Below, one piece after another: positions 8,803 through 17,924 of a stretch of 32,000 nucleotides of DNA. A model generated the notes under the pieces. The model was not told the origin of the DNA. It did no database searches and was given only the letters and a program-made list of their open reading frames with translations. The translations under genes were made by a program, and so were the position numbers. Location of the stretch: the NCBI GenBank assembly GCA_002338515.1, contig DDIL01000005.1, positions 1 through 32,000 on the forward strand. Reading direction: 5' to 3'. Numbering within the stretch: position 1 is the first letter of the stretch; each line of letters begins with the position of its first letter. The DNA comes from Glaciecola sp. UBA1851. GTDB lineage: Bacteria; Pseudomonadota; Gammaproteobacteria; Enterobacterales; Alteromonadaceae.

Positions 8803-9884
8803 ATAACGAATTTACTTATTGGCAACCTACAAAAATACAGTTTACCCATAATTGGTTAACAGCGCTTATTCCCCTTGTTAAAAATAGGCGCGTTTTATTG
8901 GTTACCTCAAAAGGTTTTGTTACGCGTGGTATTGTAGAGACGATAACGAGCAATATTCCAAGCGTAAGTTATGTGTGTGATAACATTGTTTCTCATCCTG
9001 AATTAAAGGATTTACAGAAAGCGTATAAAGACGCGCACGTTTATAAATATGACTGCATTATTGCAATAGGTGGCGGCAGTGTATTAGACGCCGCTAAATT
9101 TTTAAGTGTAATAATAAGTAATGCAGAGGGTAAATCAGCTATAGATTCAGTCACGCGTTTAGTAAAAGACTCAACTAGCGTTAGCGGTTACGCTACCTTA
9201 CCTATTATTGCTATTCCAACAACATCTGGTACGGGTAGTGAGGTAACGCCGTGGGCGACTATTTGGGATAGTGAAATAAAAAAGAAATATTCGCTGCATT
9301 TACCCACGTTATTTAGTGAAGCTGCTATTTACGACCCCAATTTAACCATCAGTTTACCGATAGATATTACGCGACAAACTGCACTAGATACACTTTCTCA
9401 TGCCCTTGAGTCAATATGGAATAAACATGCAACGCCCATCACTGTGCAGCATGCTATTACTGCTGCGCAATTAATTTATAAGCATTTACCTAGCTTATTG
9501 TTTGAGCCAACTAACCTTGCATTACGTGAACAAATAATGCTGGCGACTATGCATGCTGGCATGGCGTTTTCACAAACACAAACCGCTATGGCTCATGCAC
9601 TTTCATATTACATTACTGCAAATAAAGGTATACCTCATGGTATAGCCTGCAGCTTTACCTTGCCTATGTTAATAGATGAAGTAATTGGTCAATATGATTT
9701 TGTAGATAATGCATTAAAGGCTATTTTTACAGAGCTTTCTTCTGACCCACTTCGTGAGATGTATAAATCAATTGGACTATTAACTGAGTTTTCTGACTAT
9801 GGGTTGTCTGATTCTGAGGTAGTCAATTTAATTGAATCGGTTAATAACCAACCGCGCGCAAAAAATTCGTTAGTTTCACTTTAA
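8799..9884 (+). CDS. group III iron-dependent alcohol dehydrogenase, probable phosphonoacetaldehyde reductase (PhpC/FomC-like)
   Basis: GGGSVLDAAK, PTTSGTGSEVT and His-rich metal ligands (HALESIW, HAGMAF, MAHALSY). ATGA overlap with ppd. Its position after pepM-ppd matches 2-hydroxyethylphosphonate pathways. Confidence 0.7.
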   Translation: MNNEFTYWQPTKIQFTHNWLTALIPLVKNRRVLLVTSKGFVTRGIVETITSNIPSVSYVCDNIVSHPELKDLQKAYKDAHVYKYDCIIAIGGGSVLDAAKFLSVIISNAEGKSAIDSVTRLVKDSTSVSGYATLPIIAIPTTSGTGSEVTPWATIWDSEIKKKYSLHLPTLFSEAAIYDPNLTISLPIDITRQTALDTLSHALESIWNKHATPITVQHAITAAQLIYKHLPSLLFEPTNLALREQIMLATMHAGMAFSQTQTAMAHALSYYITANKGIPHGIACSFTLPMLIDEVIGQYDFVDNALKAIFTELSSDPLREMYKSIGLLTEFSDYGLSDSEVVNLIESVNNQPRAKNSLVSL

Positions 9885-9946
9885 GGTGTGTTGCTCTTTT
9901 CTCGCTGTGGAAACAGCAAAGTAAAGGGTGAGTAATAAGGAATGGC

Positions 9947-11623
9947 TTAATTCGATTTTTTTGATTCAACCACTTGATTTCTTCCATTTTGCTTAGCTAA
10001 ATATAAAGCCGAATCTGCACGCTCTATTAGGCTTGACATATTGTCTTTTTCGGCTGGATTATAACTTGCTACGCCAATAGACACAGTAATAGGTGGGAGG
10101 CCATGTTTAATAGGCTCTCCTGCATTTTCGATGTCTTTACATATGCGCTGGGCAACCTCAGATGCTGATTTTGCTTTAGTGCCCTCTAGCATGACAACAA
10201 ACTCTTCCCCGCCATAACGTCCCACGCAATCATCATCACGTAAAATTGACCTGATCCTATCGATTGCTGCTACCAGCGCTGCGTCGCCAACCGCATGTCC
10301 AAATGTATCGTTTACTTTTTTGAAGTGATCAAAGTCGATAAACAAAAGGGCTAAATCACGCCCATGATTAATTTTATTAGCTTGAAACGCAGTTAAACGC
10401 CGGTCAAGCTCACCCCTTGTCATCGCGCCAGTTAAAAAGTCAGTTCTTGCATGTAAACGAGCAACGTCTCGCTGTGTTAGCGCATTGGATATATTTCTTG
10501 CTAACTCTATAAATAAAAAGCTACAAGCGTAAACCAGAGTAATGGGATATAACCAACGTGCAACAGACGTCCACACAGTATCAGCATAAGACGAAACGCC
10601 TAACCATAGAGTCAATGCAAGCACAGGTCCCCATGATAATAACAAAACAATAGAAGGACGATGTTTTTTCCAAACACCAACAGCAGCGCTACCTAAAGTC
10701 ATTATCACAATAGCAATCATTAGTGCGTTGCTGATGTGCGAGATACCCACATACCTTAAAGGATTAGGAATGATAGTAAGAAATAGTACGATACCGATTA
10801 GGCCAAAAAATAGCAATAATACATACCATGCTTGAGGATGCCTTGATTTAAAATCAAGGAAGCGAGCTAAACCCAGACCAATCAAAATAGTGCTGCTAAT
10901 ACCAGCAAAGCGCTGCATATGCCAGTCGCGGAGTAAATAGTCACCTAAAGGAAGCTCTATCAATGAGCCGTTATTTACCATAACAAACAGTAACGCCATC
11001 GAAATGCCAGCAGTAAGCATAATGAAAGTTTGTTTTCGTAGCAGTAAGGCTAAGCCAAGAGAGGCGATTGTCATGGCAAACAAGGTGCCTTCAGTAAGTG
11101 AGGCGGCGCGAACTTGTTCGATAACTTTTTTGCGCAATACATGTTCGTCTACTATGCCAGCTTCAATACTGTGCGCTAGTTTTGCGCTGTTACAAACAAA
11201 AATCATATCACCCACTGCAAGATCAGGCTCTAGCTTATATACGGCAACACTGGCGGGCCAACTGGCATCTATTTGATTATCACCGGTCCTATACCATTGC
11301 CAAGATGATGAATTAGGCAGTTGTGTTGCCGACTCAAAATAAAATGGGCTTTCTAAATAAAACACTATATCGCGGTTATTGTTAGGTGTATTAATTATTT
11401 CAAACTGCCAAAGCGCGGTTTCGTCAGACCACTTATATTGTTGAAGCAGATTTGTATCTGCCATTTCCTCGCAATGTCCTAAATGAGTAGCCTTTATAAA
11501 GTTTGGATCGGTTTTAATGGGGCCCGCATGCGCCCATGTTTCTGTTTGGAAAAGTAATAGACTGATTAATAAAACGAGATAAAAAAGCCAACTATTGATG
11601 ATATGCTTTTCTAATAAACTCAT
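9947..11623 (-). CDS. diguanylate cyclase with 7TMR-DISM-type extracellular and 7-TM sensor module
   Basis: The C-terminal GGDEF domain has an active GGEEF motif (10199-10213) and an RxxD I-site (RDDD) five residues upstream. Seven hydrophobic segments can be read between roughly aa 190 and 400. A ~140-aa periplasmic domain follows the signal sequence. I prefer the ATG at 11623 (MSLLEKH...) over 11674. Confidence 0.8.
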   Translation of the reverse strand: MSLLEKHIINSWLFYLVLLISLLLFQTETWAHAGPIKTDPNFIKATHLGHCEEMADTNLLQQYKWSDETALWQFEIINTPNNNRDIVFYLESPFYFESATQLPNSSSWQWYRTGDNQIDASWPASVAVYKLEPDLAVGDMIFVCNSAKLAHSIEAGIVDEHVLRKKVIEQVRAASLTEGTLFAMTIASLGLALLLRKQTFIMLTAGISMALLFVMVNNGSLIELPLGDYLLRDWHMQRFAGISSTILIGLGLARFLDFKSRHPQAWYVLLLFFGLIGIVLFLTIIPNPLRYVGISHISNALMIAIVIMTLGSAAVGVWKKHRPSIVLLLSWGPVLALTLWLGVSSYADTVWTSVARWLYPITLVYACSFLFIELARNISNALTQRDVARLHARTDFLTGAMTRGELDRRLTAFQANKINHGRDLALLFIDFDHFKKVNDTFGHAVGDAALVAAIDRIRSILRDDDCVGRYGGEEFVVMLEGTKAKSASEVAQRICKDIENAGEPIKHGLPPITVSIGVASYNPAEKDNMSSLIERADSALYLAKQNGRNQVVESKKSN

Positions 11624-12210
11624 TTTATATTTTTTGTAGTTGAAACAACACGATTTCAGCATCACTAGCCTCAATTGCTATAAAAATACTGGCAATCGTA
11701 GATAAAAGATATTTATTGTTCAAGGTATACACTTTAATCGACAGACATATCTGCAATAAAACGGAATCAGTGTATAGAGTATAAGTAGAATTGAAACTAT
11801 TTACTAGCCTTCATCTATGATGGTTTTTAGACTATCTAAATTTTTAACTACTAGGCTCTCATAGCTTTTGCCAATATAACTGATTTCAGTTTTTGATCGA
11901 TAAGCTCATTGGTACAGCAAAGAGCAATAGGCCCTAACCTACTATGACAACATTTATTTCTTACTGGCTTGCGTTTTCTTCTTTCCTATCAAAAAATTTA
12001 AAGTCACGATGAATTTTGTGCTTTGTAACTCACAATCATAACGCCACTGATTGGGAAAGATAACTATGTACAACATATCTTTGCGCCATTCCTTAAACAA
12101 GATCGAGGCTAATTAATCAAAAACGCCTCATTTGGATAATTTTTTTACTAGTCAATCGCCCACAGTAAAGCCTATTATTAATCATGTGGTTAATATGATG
12201 GTTAATTATT

Positions 12211-12885
12211 ATGGCTATTCTTACAACGCGTCACCCGGGGCGCCCAAAACCTAGTGAAATAGGTGCACACGACGCAAGAAGTGCATTAATTGATTCTGCT
12301 CGTTTGTGTTTTTCGACTCATCCTTATGCAAAGGTAACAACACGGATGCTTGCAACCCAAGCTGGTGTAAACGCAGCGTTAATTCGCTATTATTTTTTGA
12401 ATAAAGAAGGCTTGTATCAGCAAATGTTAGAGTCGGTGGCTGCCTTATTTCAACGTAAAGTAATGGAATATTTTGAAGCCTCACCCAGCCACCCTTTTGA
12501 GGCTATTTTTAGAGCGCACAGAGCAATGGCAAGCGACAGCCCAGATATTCCTAAGCTTATTTTTAAAGAATTAGCCTTTAATGAAGGGAAAAGCAGAAAG
12601 CTGGTGTTGGACTGTGTTGCTAAACCTAATAAGGCATTCATGTTGGCTCTATTGCAAAAATTTAAAGGCTCACAGCACGATGATTTACCAACACTCAGAG
12701 AAGATTTCGATCCATCTATTTTATTGCTCAGTGTGTTATCAATGTCACTGATGCCTTTGTTGTTACAAGAAGCCATTGCTGAGGTTGATGGCACGACTTT
12801 TAATCAAGAACATATAGAAAAAATGATTTGGCAGAATACTCAGATGATCCAATTTGGATGTTTAGCTAAAGGAGAAGATACATGA
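12211..12885 (+). CDS. TetR/AcrR-family transcriptional regulator
   Basis: N-terminal HTH YAKVTTRMLATQAGVNAALIRYYFLNKEGLY. ATGA overlap with the downstream efflux adaptor gene. Confidence 0.85.
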   Translation: MAILTTRHPGRPKPSEIGAHDARSALIDSARLCFSTHPYAKVTTRMLATQAGVNAALIRYYFLNKEGLYQQMLESVAALFQRKVMEYFEASPSHPFEAIFRAHRAMASDSPDIPKLIFKELAFNEGKSRKLVLDCVAKPNKAFMLALLQKFKGSQHDDLPTLREDFDPSILLLSVLSMSLMPLLLQEAIAEVDGTTFNQEHIEKMIWQNTQMIQFGCLAKGEDT

Positions 12886-14240
12886 GCTCATCGCTGTTTT
12901 TAAAAAAACGAATTTTCTTCATTCTTTTATTTGCAGGCATTGCCTTTGTTGTATTTATTGCATCGCTCAAATCAGGCCCTGTTAAACAACCTGATAGGCT
13001 AAATATTCCTATTGTAGAAGTGGCTAAGGTAGAATTATTGACCATCGACCCTTTGATTACAGGTTTTGGTAGAGCCTTTGCCCACGATCAGTGGCAAGCT
13101 ATTAGTGAAGTAAGTGGCCGCGTTATATATCGTCACCCTGAGCTTGAAGTAGGCAGAACGTTAGAAAAAGGCACAACATTAATTAGAATTGACCCGGTTG
13201 ATTATGAGCTTGCGGTTGCGCAAAGTGTATCTGCTTTGAAACAAGCTCAGCTAGAACGTGAGCGTATTGATTTAAATGAACAGACCTTTCAACAAAACAT
13301 GTTAATTGCTGAAACACAGCTGGAGCTAGCTAAAAATGAGTTAAATCGAAAAGCTGATTTAAATAAAAAAGGGCTAGTATCTAGCTCTGAATTAGAAGCT
13401 CAGCGAAAAGTTGTTTTGCAGCAAGAGCAACAGGTTTGGGAAGCAAAGCAAAGATTAGAGTTGGTGCCGTCTGATAAAGATTTGGCTGATGCCAATATCA
13501 ACTCAGCAAGGGCAAAGCTTACCGAATCAGAACGAAAATTATCGCGTACCGAAGTTGTCATGCCTTTTACGGGAAGAGTTAGCCAAGTAAATATTGCACG
13601 TGACCAACTGGTTAATCCTCAACAGCTAATGATTGAAGCATATGATCTTAGCTTAATGGAAGTAACAGCAAATGTATCGGTTCAAGATATTTCTACGATG
13701 TTACAAAGCACGTCTGGTGAAGCGCGATCTTTTAATGAAAGTATGCCCGGTCAAAATATGCCAGATATTCGAAATTTAGGGCTAAGTGCACAAGTAATTT
13801 ACGCTTTAGGTGATAATACCTTTACTTGGCTAGCTAGAGTTGACCGCCTATCAGTTGGTATTAATGTGCAAGCCAATACAATTGGGATAACCTCTCAAAT
13901 TACCAATAACCCAACCAATTACAACCCAAAAACTAATCCGCCATTACTAAAAGATATGTATGTTCAGGTGGATATTTCCGCTCCTGGAATAGAAAACTTA
14001 GTTGTGCCTAGCAGCGCAATTCATAGCAAAAGGCTATTTGTATTAAACGAAGAAAACCAGTTAAGTTTTGTACCGGTGAGGGTGTTGTATTCGTTAGATG
14101 GATTAAGTGCAATCAAAGCGGATATCAAAGTAGGCGAACGAGTTATTACATCAGACTTGCTAGCGCCGGTTGAAGGAATGAAAGTGCAGCCTGCAGGAGA
14201 GGAAAAGAATGCAGAACTAATTAGAAGGGAAGGGGAATGA
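12882..14240 (+). CDS. RND efflux periplasmic adaptor (membrane fusion protein, HlyD family)
   Basis: N-terminal TM anchor, a long coiled-coil hairpin region (AQLERERIDL...ELEAQRKVVLQQEQQVWEAKQRLE), and barrel-sandwich and beta-barrel segments. Overlaps both neighbouring genes. Confidence 0.85.
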   Translation: MSSSLFLKKRIFFILLFAGIAFVVFIASLKSGPVKQPDRLNIPIVEVAKVELLTIDPLITGFGRAFAHDQWQAISEVSGRVIYRHPELEVGRTLEKGTTLIRIDPVDYELAVAQSVSALKQAQLERERIDLNEQTFQQNMLIAETQLELAKNELNRKADLNKKGLVSSSELEAQRKVVLQQEQQVWEAKQRLELVPSDKDLADANINSARAKLTESERKLSRTEVVMPFTGRVSQVNIARDQLVNPQQLMIEAYDLSLMEVTANVSVQDISTMLQSTSGEARSFNESMPGQNMPDIRNLGLSAQVIYALGDNTFTWLARVDRLSVGINVQANTIGITSQITNNPTNYNPKTNPPLLKDMYVQVDISAPGIENLVVPSSAIHSKRLFVLNEENQLSFVPVRVLYSLDGLSAIKADIKVGERVITSDLLAPVEGMKVQPAGEEKNAELIRREGE

Positions 14241-17200
14241 TAGCATTTTTTGCCAAACACCCCACTGCCGCAAACTTATTGATGGCAATTATTATTATTT
14301 TAGGCCTAACCGCATTACCTGATATCAAGCGTGAAACTTTCCCTGACTTTCAAGCGAAAACTGTGCAAATTACTATTGTGTATCCAGGAGCGACACCTGC
14401 CGAAGCATCAAGCGCGCTTTGTTTGCCTATTGAAGATGCAATTGATGGCCTTGACCAACTAGACGAGCTTACGTGCGAAGCAAGAGAAAACATCGCCATT
14501 GCCACGGTTGATATGCAAGAAGGTGGGAATATAGATAAATTAGTGGCAGAAGTAAAAAATGAAATAGATGCTATTGATAGTTTCCCTGATGGCATTGAAC
14601 TACCTATTGTAGAAGAGAAGGGCAGAACAGATGAAGTGATTCATCTAGCTATTCAGTCAGATATAAATGAAGTTGAATTAAAAGAATATGCCGAAACAAT
14701 TAAAGACAAATTAAAAAGGATAGATGGCGTAGCAAATATAGAAGTTGGCGGTTTTTCAGATCATCAACTGCGAGTTAACTTATCGCTATCAAAGCTTAGA
14801 GAATATGGTTTAACTACACAAGATGTAGCTGAGTCACTGGCCAATCAAAATTTAAAAATGCCAGGAGGGAATTTAGAAGGTAATGATAAAACTGTGCTGT
14901 TACGTTTTGATCAACAGCGAGTCACTGCTAACTTGTTAGAAGAGTTAGTTATATTTGGCGGTGCGGATGGCGGGCAAATTAAACTGAAAGAATTAGGTTT
15001 TGTTGAAGATAGGTTTGAAGATGAAGAGGTGCACATACGTTTTAACGGTAAACGTGCGGCTTTATTGAAAATTAGTAAAAGCAAAGCTGAAGATGCCATT
15101 GATATTGCCACCGAAGTCATGCAATTTGTTGATAAAGAAAAAGCCATGTTACCCTCTGGCATAAGCATGACTTTAACAAATAACACCTCCACCATTATTC
15201 AAGATAGATTAAGCATGTTGTTAACTAATGGTGCGCAAGGAATATTGTTGGTATTTGCGGTAATGTGGCTATTCTTTTCATATCGTTATGCCTTTTGGGT
15301 ATCAATGGGATTACCGGTTTCGTTTTTAGGAACACTATTTTTAATCTCGATTTTGGGCATTAGCATTAACATGATTTCGATGGTGGCGATGTTAATGGCA
15401 ATTGGCATTTTAATGGACGACGCCATTGTGATTGCTGAAAGTATCGCTACCCAAGTCGCTAAAAATGGCGATGTAGATAAGGGTGCTATAGATGGCGTAA
15501 AGTTGGTGCTTCCCGGTGTTGTATCATCATTCCTAACAACTTGCGCTATTTTTGGTGGAATGGCTTTTATATCAGGTGATATCGGGCAAGTGTTAAAAGT
15601 TATTCCTATGGTATTGCTGCTTACATTAAGTGTGTCTTTAATTGAAGCTTTTCTGATTTTACCTAATCATTTAGTGCATTCATTACACAAACATAAAGAA
15701 ACTAATGAAACGGGGTTTAAGCTCAAGTTTACGCAAAAATTTGAAACATTCAGAGATGTATATTTGGTGAATGTCGTAGAAAAAGTAGTAACATATCGTT
15801 ACGCGTTTTTAGGAGGTTTATTTGTCGCATTTTTATTAAGCTTATCGCTATTTGTTGGTGGCTTATTGAAGTTTAAAGCCTTCCCCAATACAGAAGGTGA
15901 CATACTCGAAGCACGCTTAATACTTGCGTCGGGTACACCATTTGATAAAACGCAAATTGTAGTGAAACAAATTACTGAGGCAGCCAATACACTTAATCGT
16001 GAATTCTCCAAGCAAGAGCCTGATAACCAAAGTTTAATAAAAAATATAACGGTTGAATATAATCAAAATAGGGATGCATTCTCGCAAGGCGCTCATTTAG
16101 CGACGGTAAGAATGGAACTTCAAACCGTTGAAGACCGCATAACTAGTATTTATGACGTGCACAAACGCTGGCAAGAATTAGTCGGATCTATGCCTTCTAT
16201 CGTGTCTTTATCTATAACAGAGCCGAGTATTGGACCAGCAGGTAGGGCAATTGAAATTCGTTTAAGTGGCGTTAATGTAGACCAACTGATGCAGCATGCA
16301 TTAGCGATTAAAAGCGAGCTAAATCAATATCAAGGTGTAAATAATCTATTGCTTGATACGCGCGAGGGCAAAGAAGAGCTAATCATATCAATGAAACCCG
16401 GCGCACTTTCATTTCAAGTGAATGGTAGCATCATTGCTAATCAATTGCGCGGCGCATATAACGGTATAAAAGTAGATGATATACAAAGAGGGAGTGAGCA
16501 AATTGAATTAGATGTGCGACTTCAAGATGCCGATAAACTCAATATCAATCAGTTAAATAATTTTCCTATTATTTTACCCGATGGTACCGAGATACCCCTG
16601 TCGGCTGTCGCTAAAATTCAACAAGAGCGCGGAGTATCGAGAATTAATAGAATAGAAGGGCAGCCAACCGTTACTATTATTGGCGATGTTGACCCATTGC
16701 TAGCAAATACTGCTGAAGTGCTTGCAGATATAGACCAAAATTTTATTCAACCCTTGCTACAACAGCAACCTAATTTACAGGTTAAGTTTGAAGGTGAAGC
16801 CGAAGAAGGGAACAAAACATCCGCATCAATAGGGCAGAAGTTTCTGTTAGGTTTAGTCGGTATTTTTATTATTCTAAGCTATCAGTTTAAAAGCTACTTT
16901 GAGCCTGTCATGGTAATGACCGCCATACCACTTGCACTTATAGGCGTATTGTGGGGCCATTTTCTTTTAGGTTTTGACATGACTATGCCAAGCATTGTGG
17001 GCTTTATATCGTTAGCTGGGATAGTGGTAAATGATTCTATTTTATTGGTGGTATTTATTAAGCAACACATGCAAGAAGGAATGGATGCCCATAAAGCAGC
17101 TGTTATGGCAGCAAAAGAACGCTTTAGAGCTGTATTTATTACAAGCGCTACAACCATAGCTGGCACTTTTCCACTGCTACTAGAAACAAGCACTCAAGCA

Positions 17201-17353
17201 CAAGTATTGCAGCCTTTAGTGGTCAGTTTAATATTTGGGATTATTGCATCCACATGCTTAATACTATTTCTACTCCCCGCGCTTTATGTGATTTTACAAG
17301 ACTTTGGATTAGCGAGTAATGCGCATATGCAGGAACCTGACACTTTTGATTAA
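14237..17353 (+). CDS. RND efflux permease (AcrB/AcrD/AcrF family)
   Basis: 1038 aa with a duplicated architecture of two large periplasmic loops and twelve hydrophobic segments. The start (FFAKHPTAANLLM) and the SMGLPVSF...MIAMLMAIGILMDDAIV region are typical of the family. Confidence 0.9.
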   Translation: MIAFFAKHPTAANLLMAIIIILGLTALPDIKRETFPDFQAKTVQITIVYPGATPAEASSALCLPIEDAIDGLDQLDELTCEARENIAIATVDMQEGGNIDKLVAEVKNEIDAIDSFPDGIELPIVEEKGRTDEVIHLAIQSDINEVELKEYAETIKDKLKRIDGVANIEVGGFSDHQLRVNLSLSKLREYGLTTQDVAESLANQNLKMPGGNLEGNDKTVLLRFDQQRVTANLLEELVIFGGADGGQIKLKELGFVEDRFEDEEVHIRFNGKRAALLKISKSKAEDAIDIATEVMQFVDKEKAMLPSGISMTLTNNTSTIIQDRLSMLLTNGAQGILLVFAVMWLFFSYRYAFWVSMGLPVSFLGTLFLISILGISINMISMVAMLMAIGILMDDAIVIAESIATQVAKNGDVDKGAIDGVKLVLPGVVSSFLTTCAIFGGMAFISGDIGQVLKVIPMVLLLTLSVSLIEAFLILPNHLVHSLHKHKETNETGFKLKFTQKFETFRDVYLVNVVEKVVTYRYAFLGGLFVAFLLSLSLFVGGLLKFKAFPNTEGDILEARLILASGTPFDKTQIVVKQITEAANTLNREFSKQEPDNQSLIKNITVEYNQNRDAFSQGAHLATVRMELQTVEDRITSIYDVHKRWQELVGSMPSIVSLSITEPSIGPAGRAIEIRLSGVNVDQLMQHALAIKSELNQYQGVNNLLLDTREGKEELIISMKPGALSFQVNGSIIANQLRGAYNGIKVDDIQRGSEQIELDVRLQDADKLNINQLNNFPIILPDGTEIPLSAVAKIQQERGVSRINRIEGQPTVTIIGDVDPLLANTAEVLADIDQNFIQPLLQQQPNLQVKFEGEAEEGNKTSASIGQKFLLGLVGIFIILSYQFKSYFEPVMVMTAIPLALIGVLWGHFLLGFDMTMPSIVGFISLAGIVVNDSILLVVFIKQHMQEGMDAHKAAVMAAKERFRAVFITSATTIAGTFPLLLETSTQAQVLQPLVVSLIFGIIASTCLILFLLPALYVILQDFGLASNAHMQEPDTFD

Positions 17354-17630
17354 TTTTTAACTGTACGAAAATTACATAACCACTATTTGAAACTGCCATC
17401 AAACACTATTTATGTGTTTATTTTCATGCACAATAGTTTGTTAAATAATTGTTTTTTTGATTGTTAAAAATACATATATATTTAATAAAATTCTAATCAT
17501 ATGTTTTTATTGATTTTTTTAATTTAAAACAAAATTTAGTAGATTTAAAACTTAAAAAAAATATAAATTTATGGGGTTATTTCCTTCATTTAGCTTGTAA
17601 AGGACCATAACAAATGTTAATAATATGTAA

Positions 17631-17644
17631 TGTAAGCGCTACCA
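17631..17644. promoter_or_regulatory. LacI-family (XylR-like) operator, copy 1 upstream of the TonB-dependent receptor
   Basis: TGTAAGCGCTACCA, a 14-bp near-palindrome with a CGCT/AGCG core. It is part of a 19-bp unit (aatgtaagcgctaccattt) that repeats 21 bp downstream. Confidence 0.55.
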
Positions 17645-17651
17645 TTTTAAA

Positions 17652-17665
17652 TGTAAGCGCTACCA
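17652..17665. promoter_or_regulatory. LacI-family (XylR-like) operator, copy 2 upstream of the TonB-dependent receptor
   Basis: Identical TGTAAGCGCTACCA, offset by exactly 21 bp (two helical turns) from copy 1. Confidence 0.55.
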
Positions 17666-17924
17666 TTTGTTAAAAAACATAAGTTTTAAACGCGGTTTCG
17701 CAATGAATCTATATATAAATTAACGTTATATTTACATTGTAAAAAAGCTAAGTGTTTGAGTCGGGTAAAATTTGAAATTTCGAGTTGTGATCAATGTGTA
17801 CATTCGACATTTCATGCGATCGAGAACTAAAAAGAATAATCAATTATTAAATTATTATGTGTTATCGGTTCTTGGTATTTTCAAAAATTAACACACATGT
17901 AGAACACACGTTAAAGGAAGTCGA

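Noticed and set aside
11675-12210. A 536-bp gene-free gap between the cyclase and tetR. I examined it for small genes (for example a 22-codon ORF starting at 11944, MTTFISYWLAFSSFLSKNLKSR), sRNAs and gene remnants.
   Set aside because: I found no Shine-Dalgarno, no terminator-bounded unit and no recognisable remnant of a known family. It most likely holds the divergent promoters of the two flanking genes.
17629-17668. The perfect 19-bp direct repeat as a CRISPR or minisatellite fragment.
   Set aside because: There are only two copies, separated by 2 nt, and no cas genes. Each copy contains a palindromic operator-like core that recurs at other promoters of the locus.
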